From contig CM052824.1 in assembly GCA_028534125.1 (NCBI GenBank), positions 61,194,001 through 61,258,000 of the forward strand: 64,000 nucleotides of DNA. Reading direction: 5' to 3'. This DNA comes from Lama glama (lineage: Eukaryota). Under the pieces are notes generated by a model. It was not told where the DNA came from and did not search any database. It saw nothing but the letters and a program-made list of their open reading frames with translations. Shown one piece after another: positions 24,801-36,249 of the stretch. The stretch's first letter is position 1, and every line of letters begins with the position of its first letter. The translations under genes and the position numbers were made by a program.

Positions 24801-26438
24801 GAGCCCACAGGTGCCCAGCTCCCTGCCTCCCCACCGCCTGGCTCTGCCCTGTGTGCCCACCCCCTCTGCCCTGTGTGCTCCCACCTGCTCTGTGCTTGGG
24901 CCCTGGGGGGCTCCCTCTGAAAGGGGTGAATGGTGGAAGGGGGCAGAGGAGGAGAACCCGGAGGCTTCAGGGGTTGCTTGGGGGGTGCTGGTGTTTTAGC
25001 TGGTGAGGCAGATGCAGAGGCCAGGAGGCGGTGTGAGTGGGGATGGGGGCATGGAGAGGTATAGAGGCCTGGGGTGGGGCAGCAACAGAAGGGCCCCAGG
25101 ACACGTGGAGGATGGACACCTCCCTCGGGCACCCGCAGCCTGGCAAGGAACTAGAGGTGGGCAGCTTCACAGGCAGCTGGAGCCGGATGCTGGGACATGT
25201 AGAGTGCTGAGCAGGGACGTTGGAGGTGTTCCAGAGGAGGGGGCTTGTTGGAACAGTGTCCCGAGGCCCAGTAGGGGTCGATGAGGCCCATGGGTGCATG
25301 CCCACAGTGTCTGGCGGAAGGTCAGGTGGCTGGCCTAGCAGCCCCAGAGAAAGGCTGGGGGAGAGGAGAGTGATTGGAGGGCAGCGGTGTCTGCCAGGTG
25401 GCTGTGCCCAGTGCCTGTGGACCCTGGACAGGCCCAGCTGGCAGGGGGCACGCCCTGGTAGGTGGGTGTGGGTGCCCGGCCAGGCCTGGTGTGTGACTCA
25501 TCTATCCCTTGCTTTGTGCTGAGCAAGCCTTAGACTGAAGGACTAGCGGAACGGACCCTCGGGGCCGGTAAGCCAGGGTCCTGCCCGCCGTCCCTCTCGG
25601 CACGTCCCCAGCCACTCAGCGTCTTCAGGTTCCCAACGCTTCCTGAGAGTCAGGACAGGCTGAGCCGAGCAGCTGGCCAGGGCTCTGGGGTCAATCATAG
25701 GCGGGTCTTTGGGCGGGGAGCTCAGGGTGGCCGGCAGGTGTACCGGGCACACGGGGCCTTCTCTGCACCTCAGTTTCTCAGCTGCAAGACCAGGCCCTCA
25801 GTTCAGGCGTTGGGGTGAGGTGTTGGGGCATCGTGCTGGCCCCGGAGCATCCCTGCCTGTCTGTACCCCCCCACCACCCCCGCCTGCTGTAGCTGCTCTG
25901 CTTCCCTGGGCGGGGCTGGCCCAGCCCTCACGTCTGCATGGCTGCCCCCCAACCTTCCCCGACCCCAGCTCAGGACCACCAGGTTCTGCCCTGGGCTGCC
26001 CTGGCCACGGCCAACTGTCCTGGAACTGACTGTCCCATTCCTCTCCCCCTTTTCTCGACCCCAGGAAGCAAAAGCAGTGGGTCCACCCGGAGTGCTGGCG
26101 GGAGCAGCCGTCGGGCCCTGGGCCGGTCGGCTGGAGCCGGGGGCAGCGGCAGTGAGTCAGACCCCACAGCGCCAAGTGGGGCAGGCGGCAGTGGCTGGCG
26201 GGAGCGTCCGGCTAGCCAGCTCAGCCGGGGCAGCAGCCCACGCAGTCAGGCCTCGGCCGCCGCCCCAGGGCTCCCCCCACTGCACCCCCTGACAAAGGCG
26301 TACTCTGTGGTGGGGGGGCCGCCTGGGGGGCCACCTGTCCGGGAGCTGGCCGCTGTCCCCCCAGAGTTGACTGGCAGTCGCCAGTCATTCCAGAAGGCCA
26401 TGGGGAACCCCTGTGAGTTCTTCGTCGATATCATGTGA
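15509..26438 (+). CDS. DVL1: Segment polarity protein dishevelled homolog 1 (DIX-PDZ-DEP), 695 aa long isoform
   Basis: join(15509..15678,21124..21193,21323..21444,21721..21824,22013..22151,22347..22440,22540..22609,22715..22854,22928..23004,23113..23180,23315..23467,24088..24219,24340..24507,24590..24796,26065..26438) = 2088 nt. [69 protein letters not shown]-terminus [11 protein letters not shown]. Confidence 0.98.
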
Positions 26439-27328
26439 CCGAGGAGAGAGTGCCTTCAGCCCGGCCCTGCTGTGGGGCATCCGGTGGCCCTCCTGCTCTG
26501 GCAGGAGGGCGCCGTACCTGGAGCTTGTGTGGGCTTGCCTTAGTGGCCGTCCTGGGTCAGACCAGCCTGTGCTTCTGTGCCGTGGGGTCTCGGTCTAGAC
26601 AGAGAGTGGCAGCAGGCTGGAGGAGGGGGCGGTGAGGGCAGCCCGTCTGCTCCTGGTCGTAGCAGCTTGCATCTGTGCAGACCCTCACTGGGGCCTCCAT
26701 CTCCGTGTTCAGGCAGGTCTGACCTGCCACCCCTTGGCGTGGGCCTTGGACCACCCACTCACCCCAGAGCTGTGCACAGGGCCTCAGACCGAGCTGAGAG
26801 GTGGCTGCTGGGCCTGGGCCCCCCTCTTCACTCAGTTCACAGGCTGCACCCATCTTGCCCAGGCCCGGGGTGCCCTCTCGGGGGGATCAGAGTCCCCAGT
26901 CCCCTCTGTGGCTGCCTAGGGTAGGGATCTAATTTATTTATTTATTGCCTGGCCTGTGTGCTGTGGGGGGTGGCAGCCAAGTCAGCCACTGCCCCCGTCC
27001 CCTGAAGCGGAGTTTGCATGTCCCCCCACCTGCACAGGGGACACAGGTTGTGTTTGAACATGTGTGGGAGGATTGGTGAGGGGGAGACAGACCGAGGGGC
27101 GTATCTCGGCTGGTGGGATGCGAGACGTGACTCTGAGGGGCGAGAAGCACAGGGCTGCTGCAGGGCTGGGTCTGGGGCCAAGGGTGACTGCCCACTGCAT
27201 ACGCCGCTTCGTCCCGGCGTCTGGCCTGCATACGTCTGCACTGTAGATACCGCATCGAGTCGGGGCGTCCGTCCAGATAGTTAACAGAGCTGCTTCCGTG
27301 TAAATGCTATTTTAAACATTGAAAAGCA

Positions 27329-27334
27329 TTTAAT
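27329..27334 (-). terminator. Probable TAS1R3 polyadenylation signal ATTAAA (minus strand) within the AT-rich DVL1 3' end block
   Basis: Plus-strand TTTAAT reads ATTAAA on minus, about 840 nt past the TAS1R3 stop, in an isolated AT-rich patch. Confidence 0.6.
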
Positions 27335-28171
27335 TTTGTGGGGCTGGTGTGTGACCTTTGTCTTTTCTCCCCCACTTTTGGAGACTGGGGTGCTGGGGCA
27401 GGTCAGCCTCCCCAGGACTGGCTGGGTGCTGCCCCGAGTGCAGCTAGGTGAGCTCCTGGCCACAGCAGCTCTGGTGGGGGGTCTGCATCTGGTGCTGGCT
27501 CCTGGCTGGAGAGGGTCCTGTGGCGGGCACTGGTCTTGGTGCTGACACCCCTCCCCCGTGTGGGCTCTGTCCGTGGTGCTAGAGTCAACAGCTCTCATTC
27601 TAGTGGCTGGGGCCCACCAGGGAGAGAGAAAAGGAGGCGGGGTGCTCCCTCCCTCCTGAGCAGCCCTCTGTCCCACGGTCAGACACATGCCCCTGCAGAG
27701 GGGTCAAGACGACCCCAGCCCACCCACCCACCACCCACTCCTGTGATGCTTGGAGAGGGAGCTGGGTGGGGGCCTCAGGTCGGGCCCAGCCAGGCAAGTG
27801 ATGCCCAGCTTGGCCTTCAAGTGGTTGGGCCAGGGGCTTTCCTGAGTGCTCAGCATGGGCTGCAGGGGCCCACAGCAGCCCTCCACGGGCCTCTGCCTGG
27901 AACAGTCGGGCTGGGTCACCTGTGCAGGCCAAGGCTCTGCTGGGACAGGGAAAGAGCCTGACTCTGGGGCTGCAGGTGGTGAGACCCCACTGGGCCGAGG
28001 CTCCTTGTGCACACTGCTGGCCTGGAGGTCACTGTGGGGTCAAGGACAGCAGAATCTAGGGGCGGGGGGGGGTCTCTGCAGTCTGGGCACAGTCTGCAAG
28101 TTGCTGTGTAGGGACTTGGTGTGGGCCTGACTAGGTCTGAGTTCACTGGGGTGAGGTCATCAGGTCAGGGG

Positions 28172-31100
28172 TCACTTGTTCTTTCCCTGGGTCTCCTCCC
28201 CACCCCAGCTGCCGCCCACCCCTCTGCTGTCGCCCAAACCCCCGCTCAGGAAGAACTCGGGGGTGTTGAGGTCTGGCCGCCACAGCAGCAGGTAGCACTT
28301 AGGCAGGTGGAAGGTGGCCAGGATGCCCAGCGCACAGAGGAGGGTGGCGCCCATCTGCACCGCGGGCTGGAAGACCACGTGCACGTTGGCAAAGAGGGGC
28401 ACGAAGGAGACCCAGGTGACGAAGTAGGCCAGCATGGCAAAGGTCAGGCTGCGGGCGCCATTGTAGTGGCTGGGCCGGCTCTGCACCAGGAAGGTGCCCA
28501 GGAAGCACAGGAAGGCCAGCGTGGCGTTGACGGCGTGTACGAGGCCGAAGCTGACCCAGGAGCGCACACGGCAGTGTACCAGCGCCTCTGTGGGCAGCAT
28601 CTGCCAGTCCGTCACCATCTCCGGTGGGAAGGCCACCAGGTACCAGGTGCAGAGTGCTGTCTCCACCAGCATGGCGAGCAGCACTGCCAGCCAGGCCCAC
28701 GGCCCCCACAGGAGGCTCTGCAGCCAGTCTGCCCAGCCCGGCGGCAGCTCTGACCTCACAAAGATCTCAGCTGCCTGCAGGAAGAGTGTGCTCAGGCAGC
28801 CAGTGAGTGGGAGGTGGAGCAGCAGCTGCTGGGCCAGGCATATGGTGGGGCTGGGCCGGCCGGGGAACAGGAGGACACTGAAGCAGACGAGGCCCAGGCA
28901 GACCAGGCCAAAGCAGGCCCGTGGCCCACCTGAGGCCCGCACCAGCGGGCTGTCCCAGTGCCAGACGAAGAGTCCCAGGGCCACCAGCACCAGGCTCAGA
29001 GCCAGGCCCAGCACCACGAGCAGTACCAGCACAGCCGGCTCCCCCCACGCCAGGAACCTGTGCCTGCGGGGGAAGCACTGGGTGCTCCGGTCCGGGGACC
29101 ACTGGTCCTGGTCACACTGGATACAGAGGGGTTCATCTGAGGTGTGGGAGGAGAGAGGGGTGCTGGGGGCCACTGGCTTATCCCAGACTCACCCCTGCCA
29201 TGGGCTGTGGCCTCAGAGCCAGGCCTGTGCTCCTGACCCTGCAGGGACCCTCCCCCTCTCCTGCTTCAGCGTGGGCAGGCCCCCTCGGCGGGCTCACCTG
29301 GGTTGCGCTGGTAGCTGCCAGCCTTGCAGTCCACACAATCGTAGCAGCAGGAGTGGAAGCCCTTCACACGGCGCACCTGGCCCTCCCTGCACTGCCGCGA
29401 GCACTGGGACACCGGCTCCTGGGACAGGGTGTTGGGGCTCAGGCTCTGCTAGGCCTCAGCAGAGCTATGTGTCGCTGGGGACATGCGCCCCGGTGCTCAC
29501 CTCGTTTCCCTGCGTGTGCCAGGACATCTGGGAGTGTTGGAGCTGCAGGCGGCCGTCGAAGGTGCCCACGGTGTGCAGCGAGGGCATCAGGTCCTTCCAG
29601 ACCCACAGCTTGAGGTCATAATTCACGCCTATGTTCCCGCTGCTGTCGAACCGCAGCGTCAGGCCACGTGCGTGGAAGCTCAGGTTGTACATGTTCTCCA
29701 GGAGCTAGTGGGAGGGTTGGAGGGTGGTGGGTCTGGGCAGGGAGCCGCCGCCAGTCCAGAGCCACCCCTGCCCTGCCATCCCTTCTCCTTGGGGGCTCAG
29801 GTCACATGCACAGCCGGCCCAGCTCCCATGCCCTCACCTGCCAGGGCTGCACGGGCTCCCGCTGGGGGCAGCCTGAGGCGTTGCAGAGCAGTGCATTGTG
29901 GAGCGCCTGGGCCACGCCGTACACGGCCGCATAGGCCGCAAACGTCCGGTGGTGCAACAACGCAGCTGACACGTTCTCCAGTGTGATGTGGTCACACTGG
30001 GGACAGCGGGGTCCCACCACGTGGTCCTCCAGGCCTGCCTGCTCAGCGTCCAGTGAGGCGCAGAAGGCAGGATCGGCAGCCAGGGCCAGGCGTGTCTGCA
30101 CGTAGGATGAGAAGTCGGGCATCGGGGCGCCCTGGTGCAGGAAGCCGAGCACGGTGCCCACCTGGTCCATGCCAGGCAGCGTCATGACCAGGTCCGAGAT
30201 CAGCCAGGCCTCGCTGGCCACCCACACCTTGGGTGAGAGTTTGCAGTGGATGCTGTAGCTGAAGAGCATGCGGGCCGAGTGGGCGGAGGAGAACACCACC
30301 ACCACCTGCACGCTGCTCTGGTTCACCTGCTGCAGCAGGCCCTGCACTGAGCCCAGCCTCAGGCTGTTGGCGTAGGGCAGTGGCACCAGGCCCTCGTGCG
30401 CGATGCAGATGCCCCTGGCGGTGGCCAGGCTGGAGAAGAGGCTCAGGCCCTGCCGGCCATATTCATCGTCACTGCCCACGGCGGCCACCCAGTTCCAGTG
30501 GAACTCCTGCAGCAGCTCCACCATGGCCATTGCCTGCACACGGTCGCTGGGCACCGTGCGGAAGAAGGAAGGGAACGTCTCACGGTTGCTCAGCCGGTCG
30601 ATGCTGGCGCCATAGCTGACCTGCAGGGCCGGGTGACAATTCCTGACACGGTGGCTCCCGAGGTGCCGGTGGGGGGACACGGGAAGAGACGGGGGCGCAC
30701 CTGGGGCATGAGGAAGAAGCTGAAGAACTTGCCGGTGACCAGGGCAACCTCAGACGAGTGGGGCCCGATGACAGCCAGCACGCGGGGCTGGTACTTGGTG
30801 TAATCACAGTAGGCGGCGATGCTGCGGCTGCCCGCCTTGGCCAGGAACACCAGGCTGGGCTTCATGGCGACTACGGGCTCTGAGCACGTGTCAAACAGAT
30901 CGTAACCTAGGCGCAGCCCTGGGAGCAGGGCAGACCCATTGTTGATCTCCTCCACAGCCATCTTCATGGCCAGTGCCCAGAGCAGGCCGAGGGACGAGAA
31001 CCTGGGGCCACAGGGGCGGAGGTGGCTGACACCGCTTCCTCGTGGGGCACACCCAACCCAAGCCACCCAGCCTGGCCCCCCACTCCTGGCCCCCCTACCT

Positions 31101-31298
31101 GCATTCAGTGGTGTTGGGCCATGTCCTGTCGCCCAGCCTTGCATCCTCGGCCGAGCCCAGGGGGAAGAGCCCGCCCAGCACATAGTCCCCTGGCATGCTG
31201 AGCTGCTGGGACAGGCACAGAGGGGCCCCTGCCCCCAAGCCCAGGAGAGCCATGAGACCCAGGAGAGCCATGAGGCCCGGGAGAGCCAGGCGTGGCAT
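28172..31298 (-). CDS. TAS1R3: Taste receptor type 1 member 3 (class C GPCR, sweet/umami common subunit), 857 aa, intact
   Basis: complement(join(31099..31298,30701..31001,29838..30620,29501..29704,29298..29418,28172..29136)) = 2574 nt, open throughout. [55 protein letters not shown], 7TM ending [21 protein letters not shown]. Confidence 0.97.
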
Positions 31299-32136
31299 GG
31301 CAGATGGCAGCTTCCAGAAGGGATGGCAAGAGGGAGAATCGAGTGGGGCCCCAGATATGGTGAGTCAGGGCAGGGAGGGGCGGAGGATTTGTTTAGCAAA
31401 ACATTCGCCCGTCCTCACCTGCCTGCCCAGGGCCCCTCTACTTCCTGGGCCCCCCAGCTTTGCTCACATTGGACTGTTATCCTGATACCACCACCAGGCT
31501 CTGTGGCCAACAGTGATCCGGGCATGCAGGCTCTGGGCAGCCACTGACCATGACCTTGTTACCTGCCTGTGCCCAAACCCCTGGAGCCCACCTGTTCCTC
31601 GAGGGGAGACGGTCATGCAGGACCTGTCCACCAGAGGGGCGTGGAGCCTCCAGTTGCCTGTGGGACAGGCTTGGACGTTCCAGTGCCCCAGGGAGTAGCC
31701 ATAGAAACAGTGTCTCCAGCCCTGGGGAGGCACTGCGGGCGAGGGGCGGGCGCTGGAGCGGGCAGGTGCCTCCCCGTGGGAACAGAGCTCACAGCTGGGC
31801 CTGTGGAGGGTGCATGCAAACAAGGGAGGAAATGCCACAACCAAATGGGCTGCTGCAGCTGGGCCAGCACCAGGTGTGCACAGGGACCTGATGGACAAGC
31901 TAATAGCTCCCCCAGGCCTCTGGATGCTTGGCGACTGGTCTCCCCTGGCCTGGGGCTGGGGCCCTCATGCACGTGGGAGCCGGGAGCCAGGAGCCGGGGC
32001 AGGCTAGCAGCAATGCCCCTGGGGTGGGGTGGGGGGCCTACCAGACATTTATGGGATGTGGTCTAGGAACCTGGTCTTTGCCTGTCCCCACTGCCCTACG
32101 GGGAGGGCCCATGCTGCACAGCACATTCTGGACCCA

Positions 32137-32228
32137 CGCACACACACACACATGCAGAACGCACACGATACACACGCATGCAGAGCCCACATCTGCATGT
32201 TTGTATATGCGCATGCACACATGTGCAG
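32137..32228. repeat. Imperfect (CA)n/(CATG)-rich alternating purine-pyrimidine tract upstream of TAS1R3
   Basis: CGCACACACACACACATGCAG...GTATATGCGCATGCACACATGTGCA. Confidence 0.7.
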
Positions 32229-32771
32229 CCCTCACTCTCTGGCCCAGGCGGGCCCCAAGGTGTTCTCCCAAGCCAGTCCCTCATTGTCACTGGCCTTTGC
32301 TGGCACCACACAGGGCTCTGGTCCCTCCTGGGTGGACAGAGCTAGACAGGCCGCAGCCAGAGACTTGGAGGTGGCTTGTGTTGGATACTGCTATTCAGTT
32401 CTGATCTCTGGGCCATGTCCAAAAGGACCCTGCTTGACGTATGTCCTCTTTCCATCCAGGCCACTGACACAGAGCAGCCCCCTTCACTGGCAGCAGCCCA
32501 GGCAGATCTTTATTCTCCCCATAGTGAGTGTGGCTGGCCTCAGACTGCCCTCCCAACCCAGCCCTTAGGTGATTCTGTGACTAAGTCTTCTCACCTATGA
32601 AATGGGGACAGTAATGTGGGCCTTGGCAGGGGTTAGGGGGGACCAAGCTAAAGCCTGCAGAGATCCCTAACACGGGCCGGGGCCGGGGCCTGCCTCATTT
32701 TCCCGTGCCTGATACTGCCCCGAGAGCCTGGACACCCGTCCTGGCGTGCAGTATCTGTTCTGTAAAAGCAG

Positions 32772-32777
32772 TTTATT
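32772..32777 (-). terminator. Probable CPTP polyadenylation signal AATAAA (minus strand)
   Basis: Plus-strand TTTATT about 1 kb past the CPTP stop. A second candidate lies at 32509-32514. Confidence 0.65.
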
Positions 32778-33781
32778 TACACTGGTAAAGCCATCACCAC
32801 ATTACAGCTTCTAAGGGCCCCCCGCCGTGGCTCACACTTACGTACATCTGCTGTGGATACCATCCCTTGGCACCCAAAGTCCTGGGCTCACAGTGAGAAG
32901 CCAGTGGGAGAGGCCGGGCCCTGAGCACAGGGTGGTGGTCAGGCTGGGCAAGGGGTCCAGGCTCCTCCCTCGTGCTAGGTCACCCTGAGTTTCTGGAGCT
33001 CCCTGGGGGTGGGGCGGCAGTGGGTAGGGAAGAGGGAACAGAGCATCTGGCTGGACTCTGGGGAGGGAGAGGCCAGCAATGGCCCAGATGGGTCCTAGGC
33101 TCCTGGGGGCTCTCGGGCTGTGCTATACACACTCACAAGCTGCAGGAGGCAGTGACTGTGTGCAGGTCTGCAGAGGTGGGGCAGGCCTTCCCTCGGGCTC
33201 CAGGTCCTGCTGTCACAGCCGAGTGCAACCAGGCCCCTGGCTAAGGAGGCGACGGGCAGGGAGAAAGCCTGCCATGCTGACCACTGCCCAAGGAGTTTTC
33301 CTGTCCTGGGGATGGTGGCCTGTATGGAGAGGCCCAAGGCAGCCCAGCTGGGCAGATGCCGCGTCCCAGGGCCTGTTACCTCCCCCATCTCACAGACTTC
33401 ACCCCCAGGTTGGTGCAGCTTTCCCACGAACACTGATGGTAACCCACTCCCTTCTCCTGCACTTCACCCACCTGGGCGAGGCTTGACTGGACACATGTGT
33501 AACACGGCTGAGGGTAAAGATAAGGTGCCCCAGGGAAGGGAGAGGCCAGGTGTGGAGCAGACAGCCAGTGCCTGCCTTCTGTCGCAGCCCGCCCGTAGCC
33601 CATGTGCAGTGGCTGGAGGTGCGGTCCGAGTGGCTCCCGACAAGCTCAGCTCACAGGAGGACAGTGATTTTCCCAGCCCTGGGGGACCCAGAAAGTTCCA
33701 TGGTGGAATGACGGACAGGTTCTGCCCGTCCCAGCCCAGCTCTGGATGAGGGAAGCCCACCCTGCCCGGGCCTGTCAGTCC

Positions 33782-34603
33782 CTAGGGCAGGTCCAGCAGG
33801 CCGTGCTCGGCGTAGAGCTTCTGGGAGACGTTGTAGACGCGCTCGATGAAGGGCAGGGCCTCGTCCAGCATCTCCACGGCCTGCTCGGGCGGCCCCACGT
33901 TCATGGTCTCCAGGAAGACCTTGCGTGTGGGCAGCGTGCAGAAGGCCACGGTGACGGCCCGGCGGATGATCCAGGGGTGGTAGGCGGCCAGCGAGGCATT
34001 GTAGGAGTCGGTGCAGAGTGCAGTGGTGCTTGCATCCTCGGGGCTGGTGCGCACACCCTCCAGGAAGAGCTGCAGCCAGTGCAAGGCGCGGTGTAGTCGA
34101 AGCACAGTCCGGCAGCCTGAGTTGGGGTGGCGGGCGCGCCGCTGCAGGTCCACTAGCTGGTTGCCCACTTCGTACGCCACCATGGACTGCAGGCTGCTAT
34201 AGTGCTCCCGCTGGGGGCCGCTGCGCAGGCGCTCCATGGTCTGCAGCTTCGCCACCACGTCCTTGGAGATGAAGGAGAAGACGGTGCCCAGGCCGCTCAG
34301 GAACCTGCGAGGGAGGCAGGTGCTCAGCCAGGGCGGGAAGGCTCAGCACGGCTGGCCAGGGGCAAGCAACAACAGCAGGCCGGCCCCCAACAGGCCCGTG
34401 CCTGCCAGTGCTGGTGGAATGCAGGTGGCGCCCACCGCAAGTGTGGCTGGACCCTCGCAGGGCAGGGGCCCTTGCACGCACCTGACCAGCCCCCTCCAGC
34501 CGGCGAGGTAGTGGTCCAGCAGCACCTCCTCCTTCTCATTGAGACACTGCTTGAAACTGACCAGGACAACTTGGAGACTGAATTCTGACTCCAAGGCATC
34601 CAT
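33782..34603 (-). CDS. CPTP: Ceramide-1-phosphate transfer protein (GLTP domain), 214 aa
   Basis: complement(join(34482..34603,33782..34304)) = 645 nt. MDALESEFSLQVVLVSFKQCL...WRGLVRFLSGLGTVFSFISKDVVAKL, SGCRTVLRLHRALHWLQLFL, LAAYHPWIIR, C-terminus HGLLDLP. The ATG exon has an acceptor before 34616; a non-coding exon 1 is likely near 36531-36620. Confidence 0.96.
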
Positions 34604-36249
34604 TCTTCAACAGGAGCTGAAATGCACAGAGTTGGGTGGAGGGTTGTCTCCCTGTGAGTCAGCTCAGTCTCTGGGTCATTGTTTTGGACAGAAGCAATTG
34701 GACAGAAACAGCTGGGATCCCGCTGCTCCCCACTGAAAGCCCGAGAGAAGCCCCACCCCAAGGTCAGCCCCTCCTCCGCGAGCCCACCGGGCTGTACTCA
34801 GGAGCAAGCTCGCAGACACACGACCTGGCCCTGCTGTGCCCTTTGCCAGAGCACGTACCCACAACTCATAGTCCCTCCTGCCACTCGGGCTTGGCAAACC
34901 ACTGCCACGCCTTACTCGAGGGAGGCATCTCTGCTCAGCTTTTCTTGCTTACTTGTTCATTGTGTCTTACTGTTATTATGAGAAGCATTTGCTGAGTCCC
35001 CACCCAGAACCAGGCACACACTCAGGTGCACTGTGAGTGCGACAGACAGCCAGGCCATCCTGGGGCCACAGTCTAGTGGCAAATGTCTGTGTATGTCGGG
35101 TAACAACAAAGATAGGAAGTTCCAACACGGTAGGTAAAAGGACAAGTACCACAGAGAAAGAGCCTGTGGACTGAGGTGGGAGCATCCTTGTTCAATGCTG
35201 AATCCCAAGAGCCAGAGCAGGGGCTGCAAGGTCAGCATCTGCTGACAGATGGACAGACACCAGTCTTTCCAATCCTACTGTACTTACATGTCTCACACAG
35301 AAGGGCAGCTGGACCAAAGGTCTTCCCACATTCTCAAGACATCCACAGGCCCCTCCCCATGACCACACATTAGTGGGTGTTCAGGGCCTGCACTGTGGTG
35401 TGGCTCTAGCAGGGACTTAGCTGTATCTCACCTCACGTCCAGGACAAGTTCTTACCCCTTTGGGCATGGGGTTTCCTGTGCCCTTGGTGCTGGGAGTCCT
35501 GTGGGAGCCCCAGTGGGAGGAAAGCTGCCCAAGCTACGGCGAAAGCCAGGCAGGAGAGAACACCTGGGTGCCTGAACAGGTTCTGCCTTCCACCCCGTGG
35601 GCAAATCACACACAGTCCTGAGACCCAGTCCTACAACCTGGGGGGGAATGGTCCAGCACACCCTGCCCTGGCCACCACCCAGGCTGCTGGGAGCATCTGA
35701 TGAGGCCCAATGGGTACCGAGGCCCTGCAGGCCCCACGGGCTGGCCGCATGTCTGGCTGCAGGCCAAGAGCCCAGAGGTGAGCACATCCACCCTTCAGGT
35801 GTCGGGGCAGCAGTGCCTGGCCTCGGGAAGAGGGCACTCCCGAGACTGTCAGGACACCGCTCCTCTCTCTCAGAGCCTCAGGTTTCTGTCCACGAGCGGA
35901 TGGCCTCTGAGGCCCTCAGGCTACCTTCCTGGTCACCAGACATCCTGCGGGCCTGGCCTTCCTGCCCAGAATGCGAGCCAGCAGCCAACAGGAGGTGCCT
36001 TTCAGAGCTTGGAAACAACAGGAAGGGCAGTGGCGGTGCAGCCCAGATGGGCGGCCTGCCAGCTCTGGAAAGGTGATGCAGGGCACCGCCATGTTTCCCC
36101 CAGGGTCAGCCCACAGCCCCAAGGTCTGGAATCGTCCGGAGGCCGGCCTGAGCACCGGAGCCGAGTGGCTGACAGCAAGCTGAAGGCCCCCAGGAAAAGG
36201 AGGCAGCCCTCCCTGCCCTACCCCTCAGGTCCAGAGGGTGGGAGCGGGG

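Noticed and set aside
28494-29621. 375-aa plus-strand ORF antisense to TAS1R3
   Set aside because: Antisense shadow of a GC-rich coding exon.
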